NCBI RefSeq assembly: GCF_006345805.1 | Contig: NC_043003.1 | Span: 56,048,001-56,112,000 of the forward strand | DNA from: Octopus sinensis | Taxonomy: Eukaryota | Direction: 5' to 3' | DNA length: 64,000 nucleotides | Shown: positions 28,685-42,183 of the stretch, in pieces | How the letters are laid out: every line of letters begins with the position of its first letter | How positions within the stretch are numbered: position 1 is the stretch's first letter | Notes under the pieces: model-generated | Seen by the model: only the letters and a program-made list of their open reading frames with translations | The model's database searches: none | Told to the model about the DNA's origin: nothing | Made by a program: the position numbers and the translations under genes

Positions 28685-28910
28685 TATATATATACACAAC
28701 GGGCTTCTTTCAGAGAAGACTTCTTTCAGGGACACGACGTCAAAGATGACGGGTTGTCTTCCGGTTTCCGCCAGCCAAATCTACATACGAGGCTTTGCAT
28801 GGCAGGGATTATAATAGAAAGCAGTTGCCCAGGGCACCATGCAGTGGGACTAAACATCGAACAACGTAGTTGAGAATTAAGCTTCTTACCACACAGAGAA
28901 ACATGCGCCT
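28685..28910 (-). mobile_element. Family-B-related SINE head fragment
   Basis: ACGGGCTTCTTTCAG...CCCAGGGCACCATGCAGTGGGACT...CTTACCACACAG. Confidence 0.65.
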
Positions 28911-30835
28911 AATGCATATTTGTATCGGCCCTAAATATGGTAGTACATTTTTAACTAGAAACATCTTTTTACCGCTACTAGAATAGCATATGTATGTAAT
29001 TACGTATTTACAGGTATGTATGCATGTATGCGCATACCAAGACTGTATGTTTGTTTCTGTATTACATTCAAATACGTTTTATATGTAAATTCATATTGTT
29101 AAGCTTGTTAAATTTTCTTTTTGTGTTATAGTTGAAGTTGATAGTTTCAAATTTCACGTTATGAATTTGCTCGCAAAACCATCCAATTCTGATACTTTAA
29201 TATTACATAAATATTTTTTATACACTTGTATTTATTACATTCTGTAATTTGTTTTACGACTACACTAGATTTGTTTTGGCATTTTATGTATATCCGAAAG
29301 TTTTTTTTTTTTTTCAAATTTCTTAGATGATTATGAAAACATCATCTTCTGTAAACATCTAAGAATATATGTCTTGTCAGATTGTTACCTGTAATGAAAA
29401 AAATATGTCTTACTTTTATGATATACGTTTATGATGATGTTATGCTAATTGTTGTTGTGAAAGTTACTGAAGTGATTGTTACTGACTGTTGTAATTGCTG
29501 CCGTTGTTTTTGCTGTTGTTTGATTCCTGATTAGTCCTAATCAAATATACTTGTTTTCAAAAGCATTTCAGCCATGATCATCACGTCTTATTTTCAAACA
29601 TATCTAAAATTACATGTCGTATTTCTTTCCTTCTAAGATTCTAGGGTGAAATTCAAATGGGCTTATTTAGCTGCTATTTCATGCAGGTTTTATGACTGCA
29701 CAGTTGCTTCCCTTATAGACTCGAATTTTCTATGATATAATTAAGGCTGTTTGTTCTTAAGTCTCCCTAAAGTCGATTGTAGTAGTTATCCACAATCAAT
29801 TAAGACAGTAAGTCTAATCACCTATCCATGGGTGCATTTTAATTAGGAACATAAAGCGTTGTCATTCCATTTATTTTGCGTTCGTATGATAAGTATTGAT
29901 TTATCAATGTTTGCACCAGAGAAAGCCTGACGAGAAGGAAAAGAAAAATAAGAGCAAGATAACTAAATGGGTCCTCAGGCCCTTTTAACGTTCGTTCTAT
30001 TGTTTCAACATGAAAACTGTTGCATCTATAAAACTCTATATGTGCGTTTATATTTTTGTTTGAGGCAAATGGAAATGGCGGCGATCCAATGTTGTTTACG
30101 CGTCGTTCTTTTGAATTACGGAAAGATGTCTTGTCACGACAAATGAGATTTAGTTACCTTTTTAATGCATTTGATTGCTTTTATTTTTCTTCTTGTAATT
30201 TTAAGTTTCTCTCTCTCCCACCATTCTCTATCCTTCTATCTGTCCTTCTCTTGTTTAAATTTCTTGTGTTTTAATCTTTTGTATAGCTAAGAAATTTGTT
30301 TCTTTGTTTTTCATGATTATAATTTTGAACTCTTTATTCAATAGTCTTCATTATTTTCAGTTTACTCTGTTTGTTTGTTTTACTCTTCTGTCGTTCTAAT
30401 AGCAATTTTATTAACATTTTACATATTTCCGCGTTATATTTTCTTTTATTCCTCTATGATATTTTCAGTCCGCTTCTGGTATTTTTATATTATTAAATTC
30501 TAAAATACTAATCCAAGAATGAATCAATAAAAGATAAACGCAACAAAAGAAAGAATATAATATCATGTAAAAGTGTTAATTTATATTGTTTATAACAAGC
30601 ATTTTGGAGTAGGAGGGAAAATGAAAAGGTAATAAAGTACACAATTCAATATCACTTTACTGTTTTGGTGACTTAAGTTACACCGCAAATGTCAAATACT
30701 AAATATGATATTTTATAAAGAAATAAATAACTTGGACACGTTATCCCGCAAGGAAACAATAGTTAAGTTCGTGTTAGCATACAGATTGCAGTGAACACTA
30801 AATCATTACTTTCACAAGCGAAATTTACTTTATGC

Positions 30836-30875
30836 TTTGCTGATGAGATAGTAATAAGCCTGAAATATATTCAGA
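30836..30875 (+). ncRNA. Minimal hammerhead-like motif with intact core and eroded stem II
   Basis: TTTG-CTGATGA-GATAGTAATAAGCCT-GAA-ATATAT-T-CAGA; stem I 4 bp including one G.U; palindromic ATATAT stem III; U at the cleavage position. Confidence 0.35.
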
Positions 30876-31364
30876 TGAGTCTCACTGTCGTGATTAAATA
30901 TTTCAACTAATATTGCCGTCTTAAATAAGTGATAAGTTTGATAAGCGATTTTAAGTGTTGACAAAAATATATCAACAAAAATATATCAACAAAAATATAT
31001 CAACCAAGGACGGTGTTCTGACAATAACGCGCACGACAACACTGATGATAGAATTCATTGACTCTACGACGGGGGTCCTTTCCCTTAGATAACATCAATG
31101 ATATTAAGTGGGAAAGATTGTATGTATGGACAGTTGCTACTCTCACTTCAAAACAACTGTTACCAGCCTCCGCATGGTTACCATCATTTCTGACTGATGA
31201 GTTCCCATTTAGAAGAATACCTGAAATGTTGGAAACGTTGGAAATATTAGCCATATAGAAGTCTATATCTATCCCTATTCATAACTGCTTTTTGTTTCCT
31301 TAACCTTGCCCCTTTATCCATTTCGTAATCTATTTTTCTTATATCATTATTATTTCTAGCTAAA

Positions 31365-31575
31365 AGGCGACGAGCTGGCCAAGTCGTTAGTACGCTGGAT
31401 AGAATGCATAGCAGCCTTTCATCCGTCTTTATGTTCTGAAGTCAAATTCCACCGAGGTTTAATTTGCCTTTCATTCTTTCGGGGTCGATAAAATAAGTGC
31501 TAGTTGAAAACTGGGGTTGATGTGGTCGACTCGTCCCCTACCCTTGCGGCAAAATTTGAAACCATTACTATTACT
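31365..31575 (+). mobile_element. Family-A' SINE
   Basis: AAGGCGACGAGCTGGCCAAGTCGTTAG...TTCGGGGTCGATAAAATAAG... Confidence 0.75.
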
Positions 31576-32170
31576 AGTAAGCATTTTAATTCAACTTCCA
31601 TTAAACAAGTTAGCATCATGCGAAAGTAAGTTTAGTACAAATAATTCCTAATTTTACCTCAAATAATTTACCTGAAATAATTTTAAATTTGATTGGTTAT
31701 TGTGTTATATTATTTTCTCCTCGTTGCATAAACGAATATAATTATTTCTTGTTAATATTTTAATGGCCCCCTGAATTATGCTAACTTTCATAATTATTAT
31801 TATATATTCATTATTATAATGCTAGTAGAAAAAGTACTTATTATATTTCGAGTAGAAAACGTCATTATTTAAACTCTAAAAATTGAGTTAGTTAGAACTT
31901 GAAAAACAGACAGCATCTTCAACAAATGTATTTTAAATGTGAAGCTACACAGCACAACTGGTTACTTAGAGTGATATTTGATAGAAACTGCTGGCTGATC
32001 AGATGGCTATATCGCACATTTGGAAGATTTGGGAGATGCTATCAAACGTACTAGCATAGATACAAGTGGGAAAATGGAGGACTGGACAGAAAATTAGGTC
32101 TGGTTTAGAACGTCGAAACTAAATGCAGAGGAGCCGACACTAATTAGCATCTCACATACCCACCTTCGGA

Positions 32171-32398
<228 letters not shown>

Positions 32399-32399
32399 T

Positions 32400-32722
32400 G
32401 AAGGAGCACACCGTCGGTTATGACGGCGAGGTTTTCCAGTTGATACGATCAACGGAACAGCTTGCTCATGAAATTAACGTGGAAGTCGCCGAGCACATCA
32501 GAGACATATGTACCCTTAACATAATTTTCAGGGAGATTCAGTATGACACAGATTGTGATACGGCTGGCCTTTTGCAATACAGGTACTACTCATTTTTGCC
32601 AGCTGAGTGGACTGGAGCAACGAGAAATAAAGTGTCTTGCACAAAGACACAATGCGTCGCCGGGAATCGAACTCACGTCCTTACAATCGTGAGCCGAATG
32701 TCCTAACCACTAAGCCACACAC
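32400..32722 (-). mobile_element. tRNA-derived SINE, family C
   Basis: Reverse head GTGTGGCTTAGTGGTTAGG (A box) and GAGTTCGATTCCC (B box); collinear with 45257-45545. Confidence 0.85.
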
Positions 32723-33251
32723 CTACACACACACAAGTACAATGCACATGCCCAAATGCATTAGCCTATACGTGTATTATGGAGCTATTTTTATGGCCTA
32801 TCTTTATGTCACATTTTTGTGGATAAAAATTGATTACATTTCATGCTTTATATTTAACAGGTCACAGATTGTAGTTCATCCATTTGATATCCCGATTCAA
32901 AATGTTGTGTACAGACGACACTGAGCTTGTTTAGTGTTGTTCATCCCATGCGGTGTCATTTTGGAGAGCAACTTTTGAAAGCCACTTTTGTGAGTGACAC
33001 ATTTTATAGCTCGTTTCGTAGATAAACCTTTATATTGGAGGGAGTCCTCCCTTCATTCAAACATCTCTACTTTGTGGGTTGACTATATAACTGAACACAC
33101 CCTTTATCGAGTTGATTTTGCCTTTTGGTTAATACTCCTTTTGATCACACAGTAGTCATGGGATCACTTCGATAGGAAAGCCTGCCTTAATTTACATTCT
33201 GTGCATCTATATAATTGGTGCAAATGTCTTATTTTAGCTTTGAAAGAGTGG

Positions 33252-33620
33252 ATGTGTACGGTAAGTAGCTTGCTTACCAACCACATGGTTCCGGGTTCAG
33301 CCCCACTGCGTGGCACCTTGGGCCGACCAAGGCCTTGTGAGTGGATTTGGTAGACAGAAACTGAAAGAAGCCCGTCGTATATATGTACATATGTATTTGT
33401 ATGTGTGTGTATATGTGTGTGTCTATGTTTGTACCCCCAACATCGCTTGACAACCGATGCTGGTGTGTTTAAGTCCCCGTAACTTGGCAAAAGAGACCGA
33501 TAGAACAAGTAGTAGGCTTAGAAAGAATAAGTTCTGGGGTCGATTCGATCGACTAAAGGCGGTGCTCCAGCATGGCCACATGACTGAAACAAGTAAAAGA
33601 GTAAAAGAATAAAGAGTAAA
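33252..33620 (+). mobile_element. Family-B SINE, full length
   Basis: GGTAAGTAGCTTGCTTACCAACCACATGGTTCCGGGTTCAG... through a GTAAAAGA-repeat tail. Confidence 0.87.
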
Positions 33621-33904
33621 GTGTATAACTTATTCCAATAGAACACTTAAAACCGATCCTCTTTTCGTGGGAACTTTTAACGAGCTATTTTGCACTCTGC
33701 GTATTGTAAGGAATATCGTGCTCACTTTGCATGCAGACGGCTCTGCTCACAGATTATCGGCGTCGATTTCGTTGCCTCCTCGGTACAAGTCTACTGCAAC
33801 TAACCAGCTACGAAATGACAACATCACCATCAAGTCACTGAAAAAGTTCCTACACGGTCAATCGTTTTGGTAGAAGAAAAACAGTCCAATCATCCTAAGA
33901 TCAC

Positions 33905-34705
33905 ACAGAAAGGCTTATTAATGTTAGGATAAAGAGTTGTAGAGAAACAGCCAAAAAGGCATGGATGTTACATATTTGCACATGGATCAGCTAGACTGGG
34001 AATTAATTCATGCCGAAACCACATCAGAAACAATACATCCGTTCACATTATATAATACATATCGAGCTACAAAAGTAATGATAATAACTAAAAATAATGA
34101 ACTAAGACGGCATAACATTAAACAATGAAAATGGGCAAAAATGTAAAAGAATTTGTGTACCTTGGTACTCCTAAAACCAATTTCTTCAATGTTACTCGTG
34201 ATATCAAGAGAACAACTGACACATCAAGGAATGCCACGATATCACTGCAGAACATATGGAATAATAAGATCATCTTACAAGCAAATAGAAATGATTCCTT
34301 AATTCATTGATATTCGACACTGCAATTTATGGAGCTGAATGCTAGATTATAAACAAAATGATGGATAAATAGAAAATCAAGGCATTTGAACAATGGTGTT
34401 TAGACACATTTTTAGACACATTTCCAGAATAAGCTGGACGGATAAAAGTATTAGTGAGTGGGTAAGATAAAATGTCAGGCAAGACTGTTAAATACTATCA
34501 GGAAAAGAAAATCGTGTTTCACCAGCAATATATCTAGAAGAGAAGTCCTTGACAAATTTCGCTTAAGAGATGCGGCATATGGCAAAAGAAAAGACGAAAC
34601 TAAATTTACCGATAACTCCAAAGAAACTAGTCGCAGAAGTTTTGTAGAACTGCGCAGATTTGCACAGGACTGGCAATGGTGGAAGTCTGCGGTAACTTAG
34701 TTATT
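33905..34705 (+). mobile_element. Degenerate RTE-clade LINE, RT C-terminus and 3' end
   Basis: Remnants NVKEFVYLG, RDIKR, LQNIWNNK, IYGAEC, AFEQWC and LLNTIRKRK in the expected order. Confidence 0.7.
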
Positions 34706-34769
34706 TGACCCTTCCGTTCAAAGAGGGAAAAGAAAACAATCATCACTCTAGCTATAGTACATAGTAACC

Positions 34770-34994
34770 TATTTGTTTTACTACCCACAAGGGGCTAAAC
34801 GCAGAGAGGACAAACAAGGATAGACGAACGGATTAAGTCGATTATATCGACCTCAGTGCGTAACTGGAACTTATTTAATCGACCTCGAAAGGATGAAAGG
34901 CAAAGTCAACCTCGGCGGAATTTGAACTCAGAACGTAACGGCAGACAAAATACCGCAAAGCATTTTTTCCGGCGTGCTAACGATTCTGCCAGCT
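34770..34994 (-). mobile_element. Family-A SINE (Tx1-like tail), slightly 5'-truncated
   Basis: Reverse tail GTTTAGCCCCTTGTGGGTAGTAAAACAAATAGG. Confidence 0.85.
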
Positions 34995-35748
34995 TAAGAA
35001 AACATATTCTAATAAACCTATAACCACCTTAAAATCACTGAAAACCACAGCTTGAAATCTAATCATAAAAAGGCTAGATGGTCCCAGTTGGAAGCTCTTC
35101 GATCAGAACCTTATACAATGAAAGGTGATGTTAAATTAATAGAAACGTTAGCGCGGCAGGTGAAATACTTAACTGTATTTCGTCTGTCTTTACGCTTTTG
35201 GGTTCAAATTTCGCCGAGGGCGACTTTGACGTACAGATTATTTCATTAAACGGCGGTGCATCAGCATGGCCGCAGCTCTAAGCTGGAACTAGAAAGAGAG
35301 AAATTAAGAATTTAGGAAATTTATCTTTTGATAATACAGCTGCAAATAAAATATACCTACAAAGCAATAATAAACAGAAGACTGGAAGGTCACGGCTGGA
35401 GCTTATTTGTTTATAGGTTTAATTCGTAAAATGGTAAAAACATGACGGCCGCAAATATAAAAGTATGAATCAGGTGGTACACCACACAAGAGCTGGATTT
35501 TTCCATATTCTTTCAATTTACAATTTAAGTTTCGAAAATGCGAAGCGTTACTTGGGAATTCTCCACAAATGGTAAAATAAAATTTTCAAAGTAGAAAATG
35601 AAAAAATATAATATGTATAATGCAATTTAAAATCACCTGCAGAACTGTCTGCAAATTGCTCCTGCTTACTGCAGAGTTTTATTATTTTCATTCATACATT
35701 CATTCATAATTCATGTACATGTATGTGCATGTGTACGTATGTATGCAG

Positions 35749-35787
<39 letters not shown>

Positions 35788-36142
35788 AATATATATATAT
35801 ATATAAACGTATGTATCTAGATATATAAACACATACATAGCTACATATATATAATTGTATTATATACGTGTATATATATATATGTATGTATGTATATGCA
35901 TACATACATTCATGTATTCATGTCAATGCGTATGTGTGCAGGTGAATACATGTAGGTTGCATATACAATCACATATCTGCATATACATGCACACACATAT
36001 ATATAAAGATGCGTACATTGATGTATGCATATCGACACATATATACAAGGATATATTCATATATATATAAATATTCATGCATCATATTTATATATATATA
36101 TATATGTATATACATACCTTAAGTGTGAGTGTTCATATATAC

Positions 36143-36202
<60 letters not shown>

Positions 36203-36521
36203 GTATATAAAAATCTAGATACACATATGTACACAAAACCACCTGCATGCCAGCCTCTCACAGCGCTCCACACGCACACCTCATATACAAATCTTGCACA
36301 CATATACACTAAAAGAGATCTCAGATCTCTATACTGTTTTCCGTCATAGTTGCAGTTCATTCACTCTATTATGAATGCTGTGGATTATTTCATACAATTT
36401 TGCAGTTATTTTTTCTTTTATTTTATGTAACATTTTTCATTCAATATTTTCCTTTCAGTTTCTTGTATCCAAAATTCTAGTTTGATCTCTGAAATCATTT
36501 ATTTAACTAGCTATCAATCTT

Positions 36522-36585
<64 letters not shown>

Positions 36586-36625
36586 CACTTTCTTTATTAT
36601 ACTTTTCAGCTTTTTAATTGTATCA

Positions 36626-36659
<34 letters not shown>

Positions 36660-36754
36660 CTTCGAAAGATCGGGTGTTGTCAAAATAATGTAAGCATTAT
36701 CCGCTTGAGTTCAAACTAAGACAAAGTTATAAATATTTTTTCTTGCTACATACT

Positions 36755-36988
36755 CTTTTGTTCTTTTACTTGTTTCAGTCATTTGACTGTGGCCATGCAG
36801 GAGCACCACGTTTAGTCGAGCAAATCGACCCCAGGACTTATTCTCTGTAAGCCTAGTACTTATTCTATCGGTTTTTTTGCCGGACCGCTAAGTTACGGGA
36901 ACGTAAACACACCAGCATCGGTTGTCAAGCGATGTTGGGGACAAACACAGACACGCAAACATATACACAGACGCGCACGCACACACAC

Positions 36989-37070
<82 letters not shown>

Positions 37071-37230
37071 CGCAGGGCTCCTTTCAGTTTCCATCTACTA
37101 AATCCACTCACAAAGATTTGGTCGGCCCGAAGCTATAATAGAAGACACTTGCCCAAGTTGCCACGCAGTGGGACTGAACCCGGAATCATGAGTTTGGTAA
37201 GCAAGCTATTTACCACACACCCACTCCTAC
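36755..37230 (-). mobile_element. Family-B SINE, full length, with expanded internal (CA)n(TA)n
   Basis: Collinear with 19312-19728. Confidence 0.88.
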
Positions 37231-37239
37231 ACTTACAAG

Positions 37240-37870
37240 TCCTGAAATTTCAGTGGCGCAGGCTACTTGATTTCATCGACCCCCTTTTTCGACTGGCATT
37301 TATTTTATCGATCCTGAAAACAAAACGAAATGAAGTCAAAAATCACGTCGGTAGTATGCAGACTCAGAACGTAAAGCCGCAAATAAATACCACTAAGCAC
37401 TTTGCCTGGTGCGCTAAAGATACTGCTCCCTAGATAAGGTTTTTTAAATTCGTTTCAAATACTAGGGCAAGGCCAGCAATTTTTAAGAATAGGGGTCTAG
37501 TCTATTACATCGTACCCAGTACACAACATTCATTTTACTATTCCGAAAAATCCCCGACAGAATCGAACTCTTAATCTAAAGCTAGAAGTATTGCTATTTA
37601 TCAGTGTCTTCGCGGTGGTAGCGATTTTGCAGCCTTAGACATAGCTATAGCTATAACTAATAATTTTTACTATCGACACATGGCCTGAAATTTTTGTTGC
37701 TGGTCGACGACGAAGACCCCAGTGCTGGACTGATACTTATGTTATTGACTTCCATAAGTGTGAAATGAAAAGTCGATCTCGACGGAATTTGAACTCAGAT
37801 CGTACAGCTGCAAGAAATGGTTAAGCACTTTGTCAGGAGCGCTAACGATTCCTCCAGCTCGTCGCATTAA
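37240..37870 (-). mobile_element. Cluster of diverged family-A/A' SINE pieces
   Basis: Repeated GACTCAGAACGTA and GGAATTTGAACTCAG body segments at about 37240-37430 and 37700-37870, with tail pieces between them. Confidence 0.6.
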
Positions 37871-38247
37871 CAAAGATAATAACATGTGTGATATTAAATA
37901 AAAGAAAATGACAAACGTGGGTTCAAGTCCAACGGATAGTCTTGGATTGTTTCTGCATCCTAGGCGTTTTGTGACGCAATACTCTACAAGCTGTGATTAA
38001 TAGCTTTTACCTGCTTCGAGTGCTACACCATTAAAAAATGGTGTGCTTCATATCTCACAACGTTTCTGAATTTTTATATATACGAAAAGCATATTTTTTT
38101 GAAATAGCTCTGACTTGAGTATTACGTTCAAATTATTCTTCAAAATTTTCGTCTCATGATATTTAGTTGTATCCTATTCCGAGACGAGAGAATTATTATT
38201 TTATTCAATTTTACTAAAAGCAGAATAAATATGAGTATCTGCCTGTG

Positions 38248-38337
<90 letters not shown>

Positions 38338-38849
38338 GTGTTGGCCAATTCAATTAGCATATGTGTGCGCAATCTCACGTGTATGAGTACATATATATAC
38401 ATGCATATATACATATACGTATGAATATATATGTATATACCTATATGCATAAATATCTGTATACACACAAGCACATGTGTACGATTATATATATGTATGT
38501 AAGTATGTGTGCATGTATGTATGTATTCATAACTAATATTTATTGAGATATTGTTTTATTAGTTTGAGTTAAAATATGAAAAATTCACTGACTGGCTCTC
38601 CAATCTCAAAGCAATTTTTTTAAAGCAATATTCTACATGCTCACATACATATATACGACGCATTGACATACACACACGTACATATGTATACACATGCATA
38701 TACTTACATACCTGCGTGAACGCATAAATACATTCCTATCACAAAAAATTTAATTTTGGTGATATGGAACTTTGGGAATTCTTGTAAAGATCTGACTATA
38801 ATGTCTGTGTTTGAACGTCAGAATGAAATAATCAAATGTTAAGTTTATG

Positions 38850-39170
38850 AGAAGCAAAACCAAAGATTGAAAAACCTGACGAACAGATGATCCTATACAT
38901 CGGTTTACTTCAATTTCTTTCATGACAATCTAATTTCACATTCTACTTTTGTAATAGCGTTTCAAAAATCGCAACAAGCATTTCATCAAAGGTGGTCAAT
39001 TACTTATCTGCTTATATGATAAAAGTGAACGAAACTAAGCATATAATTGAAAACAGCTCTACTAAATGTGATGTTGAAGTGATTGCATGTATATGGAGAG
39101 GATGGTCGGTAAGATTCTCACATCAAATAGATAATGTAGAATGAGTGGTTATGAGAACTGAATGAACTCG
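38850..39170 (+). pseudogene. Possible hAT/Charlie transposase N-terminal relic
   Basis: NYLSAYMIKVNETKHIIE loosely resembles the SYLVAYRIAK..KPHTI.E motif; weak. Confidence 0.25.
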
Positions 39171-39429
39171 TTGATTAAGGTGATACATAAATAAACGAGC
39201 GCTGGCGCTAATGCAGAGGATTGAATATATCTTTAATATGCAGCAACATATTGCAGAGGATTGAATATATATTTAATATGCAGCAACAGTAACTGCTGGA
39301 GACAGCGCAATCTTCCACTCAAAATTATGCTACTAGACCTATATATCTCGTGTCATTCACCTAAGTTTCGCAAATCCGCTTTCTCGCGCAGAATGAACAT
39401 GTACAACATGTGCACATATAATGTATACA

Positions 39430-39502
<73 letters not shown>

Positions 39503-39510
39503 GTATATAT

Positions 39511-39541
<31 letters not shown>

Positions 39542-39639
39542 CAGGATAATCCTTTTTAATATCTAATCTGTTTCATTTGACTTATTTGATGAAATTTATA
39601 GAATTTTGTTTAATAATTTAAGTCTTATATTGATCATTT

Positions 39640-39669
<30 letters not shown>

Positions 39670-39677
<8 letters not shown>

Positions 39678-39889
39678 ATCCAAACATGAAAGCACGAAAA
39701 AACACAACGCGAGGACGTGGAACAAATATAGTATTATTGGACGCTCAGGAAAGAAGGAAAGAAGGAGGGTTTAACGTTTCGAGCGGAGCTCTTCGTCGGA
39801 AACATAGGAGAAGGAAAGTTCCAGAGAAGGGAAGACAGAAAAAATCGCCAACAGTACACACGCGGTCACATTTTGAGTGTGACCGCGTG
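39670..39889 (-). mobile_element. Short non-coding element in (TA)n with a hammerhead-like motif and a terminal 12-bp hairpin
   Basis: HHR-like motif at 39769-39803; CACGCGGTCACA 39859-70 / TGTGACCGCGTG 39878-89; related fragment at 5740-5820. Confidence 0.55.
39769..39803 (-). ncRNA. Minimal type I hammerhead-like motif (U4C in core)
   Basis: GTTT-CCGACGA-A-GAG-CTCCG-CTC-GAA-ACGT-T-AAAC: stem I 4 bp, stem II 3 bp, palindromic stem III. Confidence 0.55.
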
Positions 39890-40569
39890 AATATATATAT
39901 ATACATTTATAATTCAGGGCATCTACGAGATACCGCCATGCTGAAAATAGCAGCCCACATCTGACTCTAAAACCACCTTATATCTTCATACAGCACATGG
40001 AGGAAAAACAAAAAGACAAAATAAAACCAGCAAAAAATTACTGGATAATTCCAGTTCCCGGATTTCTGACTTTGTATTAAGAAATGCTTTGCCTCCTCAA
40101 TGGAATACACACAGAAAGTAACATAAATACACATATATATAAATATAACATACGAATACTTACATGTACAACTGTATATATCTATCTGGAAAGAGGGAGA
40201 GAGAGAGGTGGGGAGAAGGGAGATAGAGAATATAAAGGGTTTTGTACTCTATCGATTAGGTACGCTGTATAAGTGGTATAATTGGTCATCCGTTTGGTTC
40301 TGAGTTCTAAGTTCCCAGTTAGCAGGTATATATTAGAAGAAAACGGATAACAAGAACACAGCAAGTGTCACATGTCATTTAGAATATTTATTTAGAGTAA
40401 AGTGAATTTGAAGTAATTAATTAATTAGTTACGATGCTAACTTGTGGAAAGGGATGACGATGTACTGTCTATGGACAAGTTAATGTTTAGAGTGATATTA
40501 GGGGATTGGCTCGTATTATTATTATTATTGTTGTTGTTGTTGTTGTTGTTATTATTCTTATTATTATTA

Positions 40570-42140
40570 TTATTACTAATATAATGTATTTGCACAAATT
40601 CTAACGCTGGTGATATACTCCGGTGTCAGATGTTCACTACAGTGCTGTTTCCTCCAAGTGCTCCACCCTTATTGCAACCCAGGGCCCCGACAATTGTTGG
40701 TTCTACTACCACCTCGTTCATCGACCAGAACTGCTTAACCTCCCAAGCTAACCTGTCATATCTATCGAAATTTCGCTCTTCTTTATCGCATACCTGTTGT
40801 CAGGTGGGCATACCATATCTATGATCCAGCATCGTTTGCTTTCTTTCACAATTAAGACTGTGTCTGGTTACTTTTTTCTCTATCTCAAGGTCACAGTGAA
40901 TCATAAAATCCCGTAGGATCTTTGAATTATCCTTTTCAATGTTACCTTCGGGTTTATGCTCGTACCACATTTTTGCTCTGTCAAGTCCATACTTGCTGCA
41001 AAGTGTCCAATGGACAATCCTTGCTATGCTGTCAGGAAGTCTCGTATAATTCTTCTGGGCTAATGGCGTATACTGACTGGTAATATATCATACGGTTTCA
41101 CCATATTTTCCACAAATTCTACGCTTGTCACTTTCGGAATTGTTATTTATTTTGCATTTGATGTAATTGGCTCTTAATGCTTGTTCTTGGGCAGCACAGA
41201 TTAGAGCCTCTGTTTCTGGTTTTAAATTACTTTTAGCTGTTTTCTTCTGCTATAATGCTGTGTTCGCATCCATTCAGTGCTCTTTACCCACTTTTTCTTG
41301 GTACATACAGTCTGTCTGTGTCACTTTTCGAGAAACAAAAAGCAATGAAACATGAAGAACTAGTAATTTCAGATAGAGAAGTGAAGGAAATCAGCAAAAA
41401 GGGCAACTGGTAAGCCCAGGGTATTTCAGTATTTCATTCACATTTTTCGTTTCTTGGTTGTTTCCACCGATCCACCTTTTTAAGGTTGCAATTCATGCCG
41501 CTATCTCCTGTAGCCTTGCATTTATCTGTCGTAGATTGCATTTTGCCAATCTGTCATGTCGCCATTAGTTTTATTGTCTTCTTCAAGACCATCTATATGT
41601 CTCTCATAGAGCAAGCTATCACTGTTCCTTTCCTGTAGTCTATTAGAGATCTCACCTCTGTTTTCTGCTATGAGATTACTTTTATCAGTAAGAACTGTAT
41701 TTCCACCGTTTCCTCTGATGCTGTTTTCTAATTATCGTTTTTTGACAACTTCGAGCTCTACATCTATGAACCATTGATTTTTTTATTATTACTCTATCTT
41801 GATCACATAATCTCTGTTCCGTGAGTTGAAAGAATCCTCTTTCACGCCATTGATCATATATACGTTGTCGGTATCCCCTAATGTGAACACCATTTTCGTC
41901 TACAGGGTTGCTCAGGCAGTAACGACAGGCTGGAGATGGACTAGTGTCTCTGAGCCTGATGGGTGCAACACTGTTACCATCAAGGTCTTAAGTTTCATTG
42001 CAACCGTTATTCACAATATTTTGATTTTCCATTGTCACTCATATGAAGTAGCGATTATCAGGTTGCACAATTACCATTGTTTTTATTGTGACTTCACCAT
42101 TAGAGGTATCATCAATCAGGAAATGGGGAGATTCCAAACA
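40570..42140 (-). mobile_element. Internally deleted R4/Dong LINE: N-terminus joined to the RLE region, RT missing
   Basis: Minus strand RGYRQRIYDQWRERGFFQLTEQRLCDQ (about 41800-41885), SDTDRLYVPRKSG and LKPETEALICAAQEQALRANYIK...IVHWTLCSKYG...WYEHKP; (TAA)n at both ends (40505-40570 and 42141-42183). Confidence 0.8.
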
Positions 42141-42183
42141 ACTTCTTTCACTATTATTATTATTATATTATTATTATTATTAT

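Noticed and set aside
30961-31003. 14-bp unit ACAAAAATATATCA repeated three times
   Set aside because: Ordinary short slippage duplication.
31190-31245. CTGATGA...GGAAACGTT hammerhead-like string
   Set aside because: No stem I, and stem II is out of register.
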